A DNA stretch of 64,000 nt from Octopus sinensis (lineage: Eukaryota): the NCBI RefSeq assembly GCF_006345805.1, contig NC_042997.1, forward strand, positions 60,016,001 to 60,080,000, in the 5' to 3' direction. Below are positions 1 to 12,789 of this stretch, in pieces. Position numbers and translations under genes: made by a program. Within the stretch, counting starts at the first letter, position 1. The number at the start of each line of letters is the position of its first letter. The notes beneath the pieces were generated by a model that was not told the DNA's origin, made no database searches, and worked only from the letters and a program-made list of their open reading frames with translations.

Positions 1-456
1 AACGATAATTCACGGGTACTTTGAGATGGATGTGACTCGACGGTGGCTTTCAGTTCATCATTATCCACTTTTGTTTCTGGTCGAGCGCGTTGCTCATTTC
101 TGAAGTCTAAGTTACCAGAACGAAATTTTGCGAACCAATTTGATGCTGTCTTCTCTGTTATAACATTAGAATGAAATACTCCATTAATATTCCGAGCTGT
201 CTGTGTTGCTATATTTCCAAGAAAGAACTCATTTCAAAACTGTACAAATTTCCAACTTATCCACCTCTAAACAAAAAGAGCAAAAAGCGATTTATAAATA
301 CTTTATAAAGCGCAAAATGAGTTAGAATAAAGAAATAGATGTATCAGCTTTCTAACAAAAAATAAATATTGTCAAAATATAATAATGGCGCAAAATGAGC
401 AGCTGTCAAAGTTTGTCATATACCTTACCACAAATTTCATACTTGACGACCTAATA
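1..456 (-). mobile_element. Mariner transposon 5' part (TIR plus N-terminal HTH of transposase), degenerate, runs off window start
   Basis: Minus strand 240->1 reads NEFFLGNIATQTARNINGVFHSNVITEKTASNWFAKFRSGNLDFRNEQRARPETKVDNDELKATVESHPSQSTRELS, a typical mariner N-terminus. The end at 456 reads TATTAGGTCGTCAAG, like TA + TTAGGT mariner TIRs. Confidence 0.85.
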
Positions 457-459
457 TAA

Positions 460-735
460 TGAATATAACGGGATGGGGAAATAAAAAGTAGTGCAGGGCG
501 TAGAGACCCCACAAATCACGCTCCAACACTGCTCTCGCAAAGGAGATCCAGGGGTTTGCGCTCAAGCCGGCCACACTCATGCTTAACAGGCGCGCCACTT
601 GCATCCATCTGGTTACAAACACGCACGATGGCAGCAACTCTCTCCAGCTTTAGTTTTCGTTTTAAATGTTGAATGTAGTATTGGGTTAAACCAATGCCCT
701 TCAAAGCGGAACTGCACTCATATGTCAGCAGCCCA
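460..735 (-). mobile_element. Probable 3' end (ORF2 C-terminus and 3' UTR) of a Tx1/L1-clade LINE
   Basis: ORF 516-773(-) contains HLKRKLKLER, resembling CHLKKKVRIER at the end of the LINE near 34110-34150. Confidence 0.45.
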
Positions 736-802
736 GCGACTGTGAAACAAGTAAAAGATAGAAGATGGAACAATTTTAATATAGAATTAACTTTAATATA
801 AA

Positions 803-1013
803 ATGAGCTGGCAGAATTGTTAACACGTTGGATAAAATGGTTAGCGGCGTTTCGTCTGTCTTTATATTCAGAGTTCTACTTCAGCCGAGGTCAACTTTGC
901 CTTTCATCCTCTCGGGGTCGATAACATAAGTCCCAGTTACGCACTGGGGTCGATGTAAAAAAAACTTACTTCCTCCCCCGAAATTACTGGCCTTGTGCCA
1001 AAATTTGAAACCA
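803..1013 (+). mobile_element. tRNA-derived SINE, family A (local label)
   Basis: Aligns by eye with the copies at 63385-64000 (gagctggcagaa head; gaggtcaactttgcctttcatcc; ataagt..cagttacgcactggggtcgat). Confidence 0.8.
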
Positions 1014-1142
1014 ATATAAAATATAAATCGTATCTCCACCCGAAAATTAATTAAAAACAAATTAACCAACTTTATAGTTCATAGAGGATAATCAATGAGT
1101 ATATAATTATACTCCGTGAATGTGTAAATGTAAATAAATGTA

Positions 1143-1143
1143 A

Positions 1144-1182
<39 letters not shown>

Positions 1183-1208
1183 GTGTGTGTGTGTGTATGT
1201 GTGTGTGT
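1143..1208. repeat. (TG)n microsatellite
   Basis: Direct reading. Confidence 0.95.
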
Positions 1209-1524
1209 AAAGCCTATGCTGTTGCTTGTAGCAAATCTGAAAAAAAACTTACAATGAAATCTTTTGAATTGTCAAAACACAAAGAGTTGGTATTTCACTC
1301 GAGGCTGTGACTATTGACTTTGAAATGGCTACATTTAATTCGTTTGCAAAACATTTCCCCAGCAGCAGATATTTTAAATTCTTTCAAATCGAGTGGTGTT
1401 TTTGTTAAAATTCAGACTATAATACTACAGAGGTTAATACACTAAAAACCTACAGCATGATTTTCATTAAAACTGTTTCAAGGCTTTGCATTTGCGCCTC
1501 CAATTGAGATCCATGAAGATTAAC

Positions 1525-1985
1525 TAAGCATTTTTCCAGCGTGCTAACGATTCTACCAGCTTGCCATCTTGGTATTTCTATATACTTATTTCAAATTTTA
1601 TAACAAGGCCAGTAATTTCGGAGGATGGGTTAAGTCGATTAAATCGTCCCCAGTAATCAACTGGTACTTATTTTATTGACCCAGAAAGCGTGAAAGTCAA
1701 AGCCGACCTCAGCGGAATTTGAACTCAGGATGTAAAAACGGACGAAATATCGTTAAGTATTTTACTCGGCATGCTAACGATTCTGCCAGTACGCCGCCTT
1801 AAATGTTGGCTCAGTGCCAGCAAGTTACATCGATATCAGTACTCAACTGGTAATTATTTTATCAACACTGAAAAGATGAAAATCAAAGTCGACCTCAGCA
1901 GTATTTGAATTCTGGGCGTAAAATCGGACGAAATGCCGCTAAGCGTTTTCTCCGGCGTGCTAACGACTCTGCCAGCTCGCTGCTT
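1525..1985 (-). mobile_element. Cluster of three family A SINE copies or fragments
   Basis: Reverse-complement head gctaacga(t/c)tct(g/a)ccag near 1545, 1775 and 1960; body aaagtcgacctc..tttgaa.tc. Confidence 0.8.
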
Positions 1986-2171
1986 TCAAATGTCAACGTA
2001 TTGAAAATTGATTGTAAATTTTATTCACGACACTAACATTTAACCTTTTATCATTAATATTCACGTCATTGACTCTCTTGAAATGATTGTCTTAGATTTC
2101 TTTCTTTTTTAATTATGTAAATTAATCCTTGACTGAAACTAGACCTAATTCTTTTTTCTGTTTGTAAAAAC

Positions 2172-5100
2172 CTAATATCTAACCTGCAGACTTAACTTAA
2201 CAGAACCATCCGTCCAGTGCAACACGACACTGGATATTATCGGCTTGCCACTCCAGGTGCCGAGCCGCAAACCGATGGACTTGTCTGTTTTAACTTTTTC
2301 CCCTGACACCACCTCGTATCCTTTGATTGCATCCTCTACACAAAGTAGCTGAGCTACATTGGACACGGTGATGGTGACGTCATCCGCATATGCAGAAACA
2401 GACTCACCACATCCGATTTCATTGGGGATGCCCCCTAAACTCTCCAACCTCCGCAGCAATGGCTCAAGAGTCAGTACATACAGAAGCGGAGACAGGGGGC
2501 ATCCTTGACGAGCCGAGCGCTTGATCTCAAACGGCTCCGACAGGTAAGCGTTTATTTAGACTGTGGATTTGATGCCGCCATAAATGGCCTTGATCCAACC
2601 GCGAAAGTCCGAGCCTAGCCCAATCGCCTCAAGGATTGCCGCCAGGTACTGGTGGTCTAACTTTGGTCTAAATGGATCAATGCCCCACTTTTACCGGATA
2701 CTTTACCCACCCTGTCTAAGGTGTAGCGTAAGGGATGAAGACTCCTTGAAGTTTCTCCACGACACGCATCAACCTTTTTGCTAACACCTTAGCGAAAATC
2801 TTTAACTCTACGTTAAGTAGAGTTAAGGGCCTAGAATTACTAATATGATCCTACTTGTGCGGTTTTTTTCTGATCAGCGTCACCACTCTCCGACTCATAG
2901 ATCTGGGAATCCTCCCATTCTATTGCAAGTTTGTGTAGACGCAGGCCAGCAAGTGTACGAACAAGTCCGGCATACTACGATAAAATTCATAGAGCAGACC
3001 ATCCAACCCCGGCGACCTGTCTCCTGCGCATTCAGCCAGCACCTCCTCGATCTCCACAGCTGTAATCGGCCCTTCACAACATTCCGCCTCCCGCGCCGAG
3101 AGCCGCGGCCCGCCGGCGAGTAAGTCCTTTAGGGACTCCACTCGAGAATAGTGTGAAAGTCTCCTACTAAAACTAGAGTTTTAAACGTCACCAGAAAGCT
3201 CTCCAGGTCTCGAAAAAACCCCAGCTTGTCTATACTCTTTAGGAGCGTAGACCGCTATCAGCCTGAAGGACTGCTTACTTGTGTGTCACATCTAGGACGA
3301 CCAGCCTACCTTCTGGGTCAATAAAGAATGTACTTACCTGTACGTCCAAGCTTTTTCTGAACAATACCACCACGCCCCCGCCTCCCCGTCGACTTGGAAA
3401 AATAAATTTCTGATAGCCATTTAGAAGAGGCGGGAACGCATGTGGCCCATTCAACTTGGACTCAGTCGCAACACATATATCAATTTCAAGTGACCTGAGG
3501 TCGTCCAGGAGACAAGTTTGCTTCCATCTCGACCCCAGGCCACGAACATTATGTTACACCGTAACTTAATTTCCATAGTAAAAACTAATTGAACTTACAT
3601 TTTAAGTTTGGGGAGGAGCTGCACGAATTCGATAACCTCCCCCTCCTTTTCTTTCTGAGGTGTAGTCGCTGGTGTAGCCGCAGGGCTAAACACAAGTCTT
3701 TTGTTGGCCATCTCTTGACTAACATCTCGTATGTCCTGCAGGTATCTTGCTTTAAATTGTTCAAATTGTTCCACTTCTATCCTTGCCGACCATATATTCG
3801 GTGGCATGTCTTGTATTGGTCAAAACACATATGCTTTGTGATTCGAAGTTATTATTTTCGCTAGAACGTCATTTTTCTCGTTGAACTTAACAATTCTTTC
3901 TCCTAGTGCTTTTTTAGGGAGGAGATTGGTGGCGGGTTTACTGTGTGTTTGCGTTTTGTGTAGATGATTTCTTTGTCAGGATAGGGGAGTCTGGGGCTTA
4001 GGCTTTTTTCCTTTTATATGAAGTCACTGTGGTAAATTCCATTTCCTCTACGGTATCCTTCTGTTGTGTGTTTTCTATATTTGTGTTGTTTCTTTCTTCT
4101 TCTTTTCCTGTGACGCTTTTTGTGGCGTTTTCTGTGTCGCTTTCCGTCCCTTTTTAAATTATTTTCTTTTTTGGAAGGGACTTCTGCCTTTTTCAGTTGT
4201 TATTTAATTTTCTCGCACTCCGAACGGACGCGCCCTTTTTCTCCACATTTAAAACATCTGGGTCTACGTCTGAAACTCTAGCGCTCAGTCCCTCCCCTAT
4301 AAAAATGCCGTCTGGCCTCGATTCAAGTATGTCATTTGGGGCTTGAACTACCATCTCGAGAGTTTGGCCTTTCCAATTTAGAGCCTCTCGCTTTTTCATT
4401 TGGAGTATTGTTATTTCTTCTTCTGCGTCGTAAATTACGGCCGCTGTCATCCATGTTACATCGTAACCAGCTGGTATCTCGTCTATTGTTATTTTTGCAG
4501 TTCTCTAGCCTAGGTAGGTCGGAAGCAACATTATTTCATTACTTTTTAAAGTTTGCATCGATTTTTCTTTTGCTGTTTCAGCATTCTCGAATTGCCTTCT
4601 TAGTCCTCGACCGACATAGGTAATTTTTCTCCATATGGGGGCGAGGCACTTCTCTACCACCTCTTTCTTCATTTCTTTTTTTTTCTTGTATATTTTGTAT
4701 ACCACCGTTCTGGCAGTTAAGTTTTGTACTATATCCTGTGGTGGCAGAAGTTTTGTTTCATTGCCACTTTTCTTTATAAGGTTTCGAAACTTAGATAATT
4801 GTTCCTTAGACACCTCCAATTCACAGAAATTACTACTGACAGCAGCAGAGAAACTTGGCTTTTCTTTTCTTTCCTGATTACCAACTTGGTTACTTTCTTT
4901 CATTGCCGGGAAATCTTCCATTGAGAACAAAAAGCCGACATTCGACCACAGATATAATTCCATTTTTACAAATGGCCTCCGAATTTCAAAAAAGAAGCGT
5001 ATTTTTCTCAAAAATGACAAAAATTATTTTTTCACCATGCAACGTCTCAAAATAGTTTAACAAGTTGTATAAAAAAAATTTTCTGCCCCGTAGGGCGAAA

Positions 5101-5410
5101 ATTTCCGTCAAAACGACAACAGTTCAATTCCAACAAATTCTCAAACGTAACAATAAAAAAAAATCAACGGCAACAAAAATGCATTAACCAAACAAACTCA
5201 CGAAGCAACAGCAGACGAACGTAGAGGAGTGAAAACCGCCGATTGGCGATGGGAAGTGGTTCTCAATGCAAATATATTTACTTTTTCCAGTAACGAAAAG
5301 TCACTAATCTCGAAAAAGTGGAAACAAGCAATAATAAATCTCTTAGCGAGGTATAAACAGTAGCCGCACGACATTGTGAAGCATATTTGCCACCTAAATG
5401 CGGCTAGCCC
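2172..5410 (-). mobile_element. Tx1/L1-clade LINE relic: 5' UTR, ORF1, APE endonuclease and partial RT; internally deleted, 3' end missing
   Basis: ORF1 pieces at 4505-5020, 4193-4450 and 3595-3807. EN reads NVRGLGSRWKQ..DICVATESK, RLIAVYAP, LVGDF. RT reads SPGLDGLLYEFY, RPLTLLNVELKIFAKVL, RQGCPLSPLLY, SAYADDVTI (~2375-2398). Frameshifts and stops are present. Confidence 0.9.
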
Positions 5411-5525
5411 TTAAAGGTATATTTACATATATATTTATATATATATTTATATTTTTTATACAATAATTATTCTTACACTTGTATATATCTTTCTGAAGAA
5501 TTTTTGTGATATTAATTACCTGATA

Positions 5526-5535
5526 TTATTTCACA

Positions 5536-5583
<48 letters not shown>

Positions 5584-5810
5584 TTACAAACATATACATA
5601 TGTATACATACGTATGCATGTATGTATGTATGTGTGCGTATATACAGTCACAGACGTATGCTGGGAGATACGCATTACTTTCCTTCTGTTTATACTTTCA
5701 CCCAGTCGCGCTCTCTTTCTCTCACACTCTCTCACACACATACACACACACGCATATATATATATACACACACACACACACTCTCTCTCTCTCTCTCTCT
5801 CTCTTTCAAA
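5526..5810. repeat. Compound (TA)n/(TG)n/(CA)n/(CT)n microsatellite
   Basis: Direct reading; explains ORFs 5526-6192. Confidence 0.9.
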
Positions 5811-6205
5811 CACCCATGCACACACTCAAACACACACAAATGGACTTATTCTTTCTCCATTTCTGTTTGTCACTTGTGTTATATACATTCTCTACTATTT
5901 TATATATAAATACACACATATATTATTTATTCATTTCTTAATATGCTATGGACACACACACTCACACACTCACACACTTTTCTTTCTCTGTTTATGCTCT
6001 CAATACATTTTACACGCTTCCTCTTATCATTGTTTCACAATCTCTTTCTCTATCTCTCCCTCTCTCCCTTCTGTACTTCTGTACTTCCCCCTGTTTTTGC
6101 CTTCCTTCTGTATTTCTCAGCACCTCTCTTACCCTGTATCTTTCCTTTTTTATTACAGTTTACCGTCCTTTCCCACACACACGACTTCATAATCTGTCTG
6201 CCTTG

Positions 6206-6242
<37 letters not shown>

Positions 6243-7502
6243 CTCTGTCTGTCTGTCTGTCTCTCTCTCTCAGTCCCTTTTGCTATCCCTCGTTCTTCCT
6301 GCATTCTTTGTAAGTTCTATTCTCCGCTCTTTTTCTTCGTATTCTCTTTCTTATTCTACCTCCCTTCAACAGACCCCCCAACGCATCCCACGCAGTCCTC
6401 CCCATTTCTTCACTTGTTGAAATATCGCGCTAACCTTTTCTTCTAGACCCCCAGCTCCCTCCGCCCGTCCTCTCCACATTTCTATCCTCTCCTCCTGCTG
6501 CATTTACTCCTCCTTACACGCCTTCTCCTAATCCTCTCAGTGCTATTATTCTTTCTATTCGTTTCCACCCACAACTTTGCTCACAAGTCTCTGCTAATCA
6601 CACGCTTCCTCCATCACGTAACAGACCGACACTGGAACAGATAAAATCAAAGACAGAGTGAACTAACAAGGGCGCTTAGAAATAGCAGCTAAATTACCCT
6701 TTGATCGCAACCTACTATCTTATTTACATATATAAAGATACTTTGAATAATGTAGACCAGGCGCGAGCCCCTTGTATCGGGAAGCATGCTGCATAACACA
6801 TGGCATAACATAAGGCAGGTTACACGAAAAAACAAAAAGAAAACAAACAAAAACTAAAAGAACAGTCAAAGTAACTTTTTGTTTGACATGCAATTCAGAA
6901 AGTTTTTCGGGTCGCAGTTTGCCCATAATTGATGTAGGCCTAGATACACAATGGTAACGGCTGCATGGGTCTACTCGATCAGATAAACTCGAAAAATTAT
7001 AATAGATCTATATTATTTGGTTTGGCTGCCAGCATTTCAAAAATTGAAGTTTATCGAAAATTTTAAAATTTATCACATTAATATACTTTTCCAAGCTGAA
7101 TTGCTGGCGTTATTTCACTTTTTCCAGAAAAAATGTTTTTAAGAAGTTATATAGGTTTAAAGTTTGATCATTTTAACTCAGCCAGGAAACAAGATTTGAA
7201 AGCTGTTTGTGCGTGACTGCCCAACACATGTTTTGTAGTTTTAACACATCTTTTGTAGTATCCAAAAACGTTTTTGTGTATAACACCCTTTTCTTGTAGG
7301 TTCTAGTTCCGCTTGTTACTGTGGAAACAGGCGCGTGCTTTCTCGCAGACAAATTAATTCTCATGTTTTGCTTTTTACTATGGAAACAGGCATGAATGTA
7401 TCTGTAGCTTACGATTGGCTAAAATTAACCCAAATTTTCAAATTTTAATTACTAATAACTCTTTATTGATTTATAGCAGAAATGATTTTCACGTTATTCA
7501 TC

Positions 7503-7536
7503 TCTAGATATATAAAACTGATAATGTGTGTCTGCC

Positions 7537-7567
<31 letters not shown>

Positions 7568-8055
7568 GTTTCCCTAAAACTTGAGAACTACACAACCAAT
7601 TTCATTCAAATTTTACACATGCCTTACTTAGGGTCCATGTAGTTTCATGGGCAAAAAAAAATGTTCAACTTCTTGCCTAGGCCGAGCCAATAGCAATATC
7701 ATATCTTCTCCACTATTTCAGTATTATGTGTTAAAAGTGAAACAAAAACACTTCTCTATTTTATGTCAGATACTTTCACTTTAACAATAAAAATTAGAGA
7801 TAATAATAACAATTGAATTATATGTAGTAAGTAATAATTAAAATCAAACTAAAGTATAATATAATCGTAATATAACAGAAGTAAAAATAGCAATTGGTAT
7901 AAAATTGCACCAATGACTTGAACTTGAATAAGTGGTTTCACATAAATGGGAATAAATTAAAAATAAAATTAGTGTGCAGAATTGGAATAGTCCAGAAGGA
8001 GCTGTGCACATACCATTTATCACGGCTTTTACATTAGATTATCTGCTAATTAGCT
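7503..8055 (+). mobile_element. Non-autonomous Helitron-like element, 5' portion
   Basis: TC..atatataaaa start, then (GTCT)n and actacacaaccaatttcattcaaatttt, the usual layout of small metazoan non-autonomous Helitrons. Confidence 0.5.
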
Positions 8056-8099
8056 AGCATTAAGTATCTATATGAAGTTTGGCTGTATGTAATGTCTGT

Positions 8100-8965
8100 T
8101 TTCTCGAACAGCCGCTCTACTGAGTACTGCTATTGGTTTATTTCTTATACATAAAGGACTATAGCTTCAACTGCGTACTTGTTTTTGATTCACCGTAAGG
8201 TTTGTTGTTATTATTACTGTTTAACTATTGTTATCCCGTTTGTTGGTTCCTCGTAAGGGAAACGTTGTTGTGTTGCATTTGTTAAATAATTTTAAACTGT
8301 AACCCCCCCCCCTTTGGGAGAAGGAGCTTTGGTTATTGTTTAAAAATTGAATTGTGTCCCTGTTTGGGGAAATTGACAATATTTTCACCGTTTATACGGA
8401 AGCATTTTTGTTAGAATGTCTTCGATAGAAGAAAGTCCAAAAATGAATTTCGCTGCGGCCGTCGGCGGGTGGCGAACTCATTAAAATTAAAATGGAAGAA
8501 ATACAAACCTATTTCGGATTGATCACCGACAAAGACGGTGAATCTAGGATAACACCACCAAACGAAATAAAAAATTAAATTAAAGAAAAGACTATTGTCT
8601 ATAAAGTATAAAATGTAGAGAAAAAAAAAAGATTTGAACACCTGGAGGAAAGCACCATCGAAAAGTGTCTTGGTGCGACTATGAAAGATATATAACCAGA
8701 GGCGGTAAATTTGCCACAATAGAAGCAAGGTTCGAGTCAATGGAGCGTGCAAGGGAGTACTCGACTCGAACCTTGGAAAGTGGAAATATTTTATTTTTAC
8801 TTTTATATCTGGGACGTAGGACGTCCCGGATAAAAATTAAAAATGTCCCCCCAGAAGAGGTAGGCTGGATTGTAGCCACACTTCTATACAAGAGGGAGGA
8901 CAAGATACAATTGATCGAAATTGCAAGAGACAGGCCTACAATTCCAGTCTGTTATATATTTTGAG
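8100..8965 (+). mobile_element. Tx1/L1-clade LINE 5' fragment (UTR and ORF1)
   Basis: NFAAAV..KTIVYKV..IEKCL..YITRGGKFATIEARFE..LYLGRRTSRIKIKNVPPE is homologous to ORF1 at 4505-5020(-) and 30030-30850(+). Confidence 0.75.
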
Positions 8966-9032
8966 TATTGTTATCACTAGCGATATCAAGATATAACTTT
9001 GTATTTTGTATTTTATGTGTAGGTGTATATTT

Positions 9033-9572
9033 ATAACGTAAAGTATACTAGCCATCTCAATATGGCTAACCACTAAGGGTGGGTGGTAGTGTAGCTTTTA
9101 GCCCCAGGAGATCATCGTCTCCAGCTGGCTTTAGGTACACTTTCTGTGCTCTTATGGTATTTGCAAAGGGAGGTCATCCCTCTCTCGTAAACCTAAGTGA
9201 TACGCACGGACTGCAGTTTCTAGGTATTTGCCTGTCTTCGGCGTACGGCAATCACCGGTTTGCGATGAAGGGAGACCTGTTTGCAAATATTTATTTATTG
9301 TTTTTCCAGTAACTTCCGTCACTGATTTCGAAAAGCTGTCTGCAAGCAATAATAAATCTCTGAACGAGATGTAAACAGTAACTGCTCGACAACGTAAAGT
9401 ATACTAAGGGCACAGCAAGTGTGCCTAAAGCCAGCTGGAGACGATGATCTCCTGGGGCTAAAAGCTACAGTAACACCCACCCTTAGTGGTTAGCCATATT
9501 GAGATGGCTAGTATACTTTACGTTGTCGAGCAGTTACTGTTTACATCTCGTTCAGAGATTTATTATTGCTTG
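9033..9572. repeat. ~360-bp unit bounded by a 15-bp direct repeat, followed by an inverted copy of its end-to-start junction
   Basis: acgtaaagtatacta at ~9035 and ~9393. Segment 9415-9572 is the reverse complement of (9345-9407)+(9049-9145). Segment 9285-9400 resembles 5265-5385. Confidence 0.85.
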
Positions 9573-9618
9573 TATATTTATAGATGTACATGTAATATGT
9601 ACACATATATATACATGC

Positions 9619-9659
9619 ACTAGCACTGTGACCCGGCAACGACGGGTCATAATGCTAGT
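9619..9659. mobile_element. Helitron-type 3' terminus (GC hairpin + CTAG), symmetric on both strands
   Basis: actagca-ctgt-gacccg-gcaacga-cgggtc-ataa-tgctagt. Confidence 0.5.
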
Positions 9660-9804
9660 TAGCCTATAAAAGTGTATCATTATACTGAGTATGAAATCAA
9701 TTCGAACAGAATTGATACTGGCAGCCAAACCGAGTAGATCCAGATCAGCAACTACAATGAACAAATTATATAATATCATGCGTACACTGTTCTTTTATAA
9801 TTTT

Positions 9805-10140
9805 ATTCTATTACTTGTTTCACTCATCGGACTATCGCCATACTGGGGCACCGCCTTGAGAGTTTAGACAATCAAATCAGCTCCAATACTTATTCTAATC
9901 TTAACACTTATTTCACTGGTCTCTTTTTGAAACCCAACAACTAAGTTATGGGGACGTAAACACTTTAACACCGACTGTCAAGCAGTGAGAGACAGGCAGA
10001 CAAATATACACACACACATATACAATGGACTTCTACACAGTTTCGTATAGAAATTCACTCACAAAACATTGATCAATTTGGACTTATAGTAGGAAACACT
10101 TGCCCAAAGCGCTATGCAGTGGGACTAAGTCTGAAACTAA
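9805..10140 (-). mobile_element. tRNA-derived SINE, family B (local label), degenerate
   Basis: Reverse-complement match to 35703-36130 (acacttgcccaa..cagtgggac; ttacttgtttca tail). Confidence 0.7.
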
Positions 10141-10845
10141 ACTATTCAGTTGCCTGGCGAATTTCTTTACCACATTCCTATGCTTGTGCCTAAGTCTATT
10201 AAGAAAAAGGTGGATGATAATGACTTGAACATTTTATCTTATGTCAGCTGGATCAATGCTGACCTGGGGCTAAACAGTATCACTACCAACAACAAGGAAG
10301 CCTCTACGTGGTCATTGAATATGTTAGAAATATCAGTTAAATGCCCCTAATACCACCATCTTAACATAGTCCTAGATGCTACCCCTCTCTCCCTCCCTCT
10401 CCCTCACACTCATACACACACAAATATACAGACACACATACACACGTACACACATACTAGGCCCCCACATACACAAAGGTGGTGATATTTACGGATGGAA
10501 TTCTTTTTATCACGGATCTAGATGGAATTGACTTGGGGTTCAGCAACAACTGCAATAACAACAACAACAACAACATCAGACTCCCACAAATCATCCTACC
10601 AACTTAGGATACTAGTTAACGTAGTCCGAAATACGCTGCCTGAAATATAAATCTGGAGGATCATAAGTCTGAAAATTTAAGGCTCACCTTAAAGAACAAC
10701 AGATAACAAGAACGAGGCCGGAAACCGTTTCATGATAGTTCAGTGCGTATAGGACTGACCTCGGGCTAAACACCAATATCAACAGCACCAGGAACGCTAA
10801 CGCATTAAAAAAAAATGGTCGAGTTGGTATGATTTTGGACTAGCA

Positions 10846-12137
10846 CTAGGATGAAGCAAAAATTTTTTTCGTATTTTAAGTTTTAATATTTCAAATAGAT
10901 TAGATACGAATAGCGTTTATTCATCACAATATCCCATCATATATTATTGTCCGTAGCCATCGTTTTGCTAGAAGCTCAATTCCACGCTTATACTATTTGG
11001 CTGGTTTTGAGGCAAAGAACTTTCTGCACCCGTTTTCAATCTCATCCACATTGTCGAACTCCTGTCCATGCAGGAAATGAACAATGGCCCGGAAAAGTGG
11101 TAATCTCATGGTTAGTAGGCAGTGTGAGCAGCACTTCCAGCTCCTCAAGTTTGCATTTGGTTACATTGGCAGTGTGTACTGGGGCATTGTCATGCTGTGG
11201 GAGTGCGCATCTTCGATCGACCAATGCTGGGTAGCGGGTTTTCAAAGCATCATATACTTGCTGCAGTTGTTGAGCATAAAGGTTACCGTTCACAGCATGA
11301 CCATCTGGGACATCCTCAAAGTGCAATATCTTTCCAAAATTCCACCAAACACACAACATGACCTTCTGTCCAAACCACCCTTGTTTGACAACAGATTCTG
11401 AAGCCTGGCCAGAACGAAACCACTGTTTTCTCTTCTTAGGATTACGATAATAGAGCCATTTTTCATCTCTAAAAACGTTCATTTTGAGGATTACAAAAAC
11501 AGAACCATTTTTCATCTCCAAAAACGAGCATTTTGAGGATTTGCCAGTATTTGTTTGCAAATGTTCACACTTCGTTGAGCCTGGTCATTGGTCAGTTCAT
11601 GAAGAGCATCTCGACAACGTCTGTTCACAAGGACCAGTTTATGGAGGTGTCGATTGATGGTGCTTTGTGAAAGACCAAGTTCTGCTGATAATGTACGCGC
11701 GCGCTTCTGCTTGGCTGTTGTTCAGCTGTTTCACGCAAGCCTCCTATTCCACATCAGGTCTCTTTGATCTTGGTTTGTTTTCGAGGTTAGTGTCATCGTC
11801 TCTGAAACGTTTGAACTAGTTTTGTGCTACATGTTCGTTGACAGTTCCTGGTTCTTCCACCTCATTAATTTCTTTTGCTACTGTCTCTGCCACTGCACGC
11901 AGTCTTTTTTTGCACAGGCTGCGTAAAATGGCTCTAATTGCAATTTTCCGCCACTCATTATCAAAGCTGTAATATAAAGAACAAACAATTAATGCATATA
12001 TGTTATATATGAAAATAACGAATAAACAATTCAGCAAAGTTTGGACAAGTTGTTTTTAATTAATGATATAACATAGAAATACAAGTTGTCAAAAATCTTC
12101 AAAGAAAATCTGAAAAAGCTTTTGACACAATCCGCTA
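10846..12137 (-). mobile_element. Full-length (~1.29 kb) degenerate mariner transposon
   Basis: DEKWLYY.NPKKRKQW, KVMLCVWW, HDNAPVH and C-terminal DYHF..KRGIELLAKRW. The N-terminal HTH is at 11700-11960. Degenerate TIRs at 10846-10878 and 12105-12137. A ~49-bp tandem duplication lies near 11455-11550. Confidence 0.9.
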
Positions 12138-12675
12138 ACTTATAGATGATAAGTTCGCTTCCAGTTATCGGTTATTTTACATTTTGGGACGCATTCCTAA
12201 TCCTTCACACATTCATTTAATTGTTCTGTAGTACAAATTCTTCTCTATTCCAGCAGACCTACGATCAAAAGCATTCCAGCTATAAGCATCCCATCTCTGC
12301 ATATCTAGAAGTTCATTGGCTGATGTATCCTGCCTACTTTCTTAAAACAATAGGAGGTAATTTCAAGGAATCTAGTTGCTCTTTATACTGGTTGGTCGAC
12401 CGTGTAAAGACTCTTTGGTATATTCTACTCGGCTAAGGCACTATTTCTATACCCCTCAGATCACCTGATTATGTGCCATACGGAGTAGATTTCTATTAGT
12501 TTTTCTCTGTAACAGACTAGCAATTTATCCCAGGAAAACAATTGTCTCACCTTGTTAACAGCAAGACACAACATTTAAGCTCTGATGTTTATAATCGCCC
12601 CTGGAATCATATACGCGTTATTTTACACACGAAAACGCACACACACACACACACGCGCACACGCACACACACACA

Positions 12676-12719
<44 letters not shown>

Positions 12720-12789
12720 ACGTTCATAATATTTACAGTTTTTTTAACTAACATTGAGCTTGCAACAAATTAGATTTTCAGGCCTATCT

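Noticed and set aside
5492-5530. CUGAAGA followed by a ttgtga/tcacaa stem
   Set aside because: No GAAA or stem III follows; the sequence runs into (TA)n.
9360-9400. HHR-like CUGAACGAG..CUCGACAACGUA in the 360-bp unit
   Set aside because: Core spacing is wrong, GAAA is absent and stem I cannot form.
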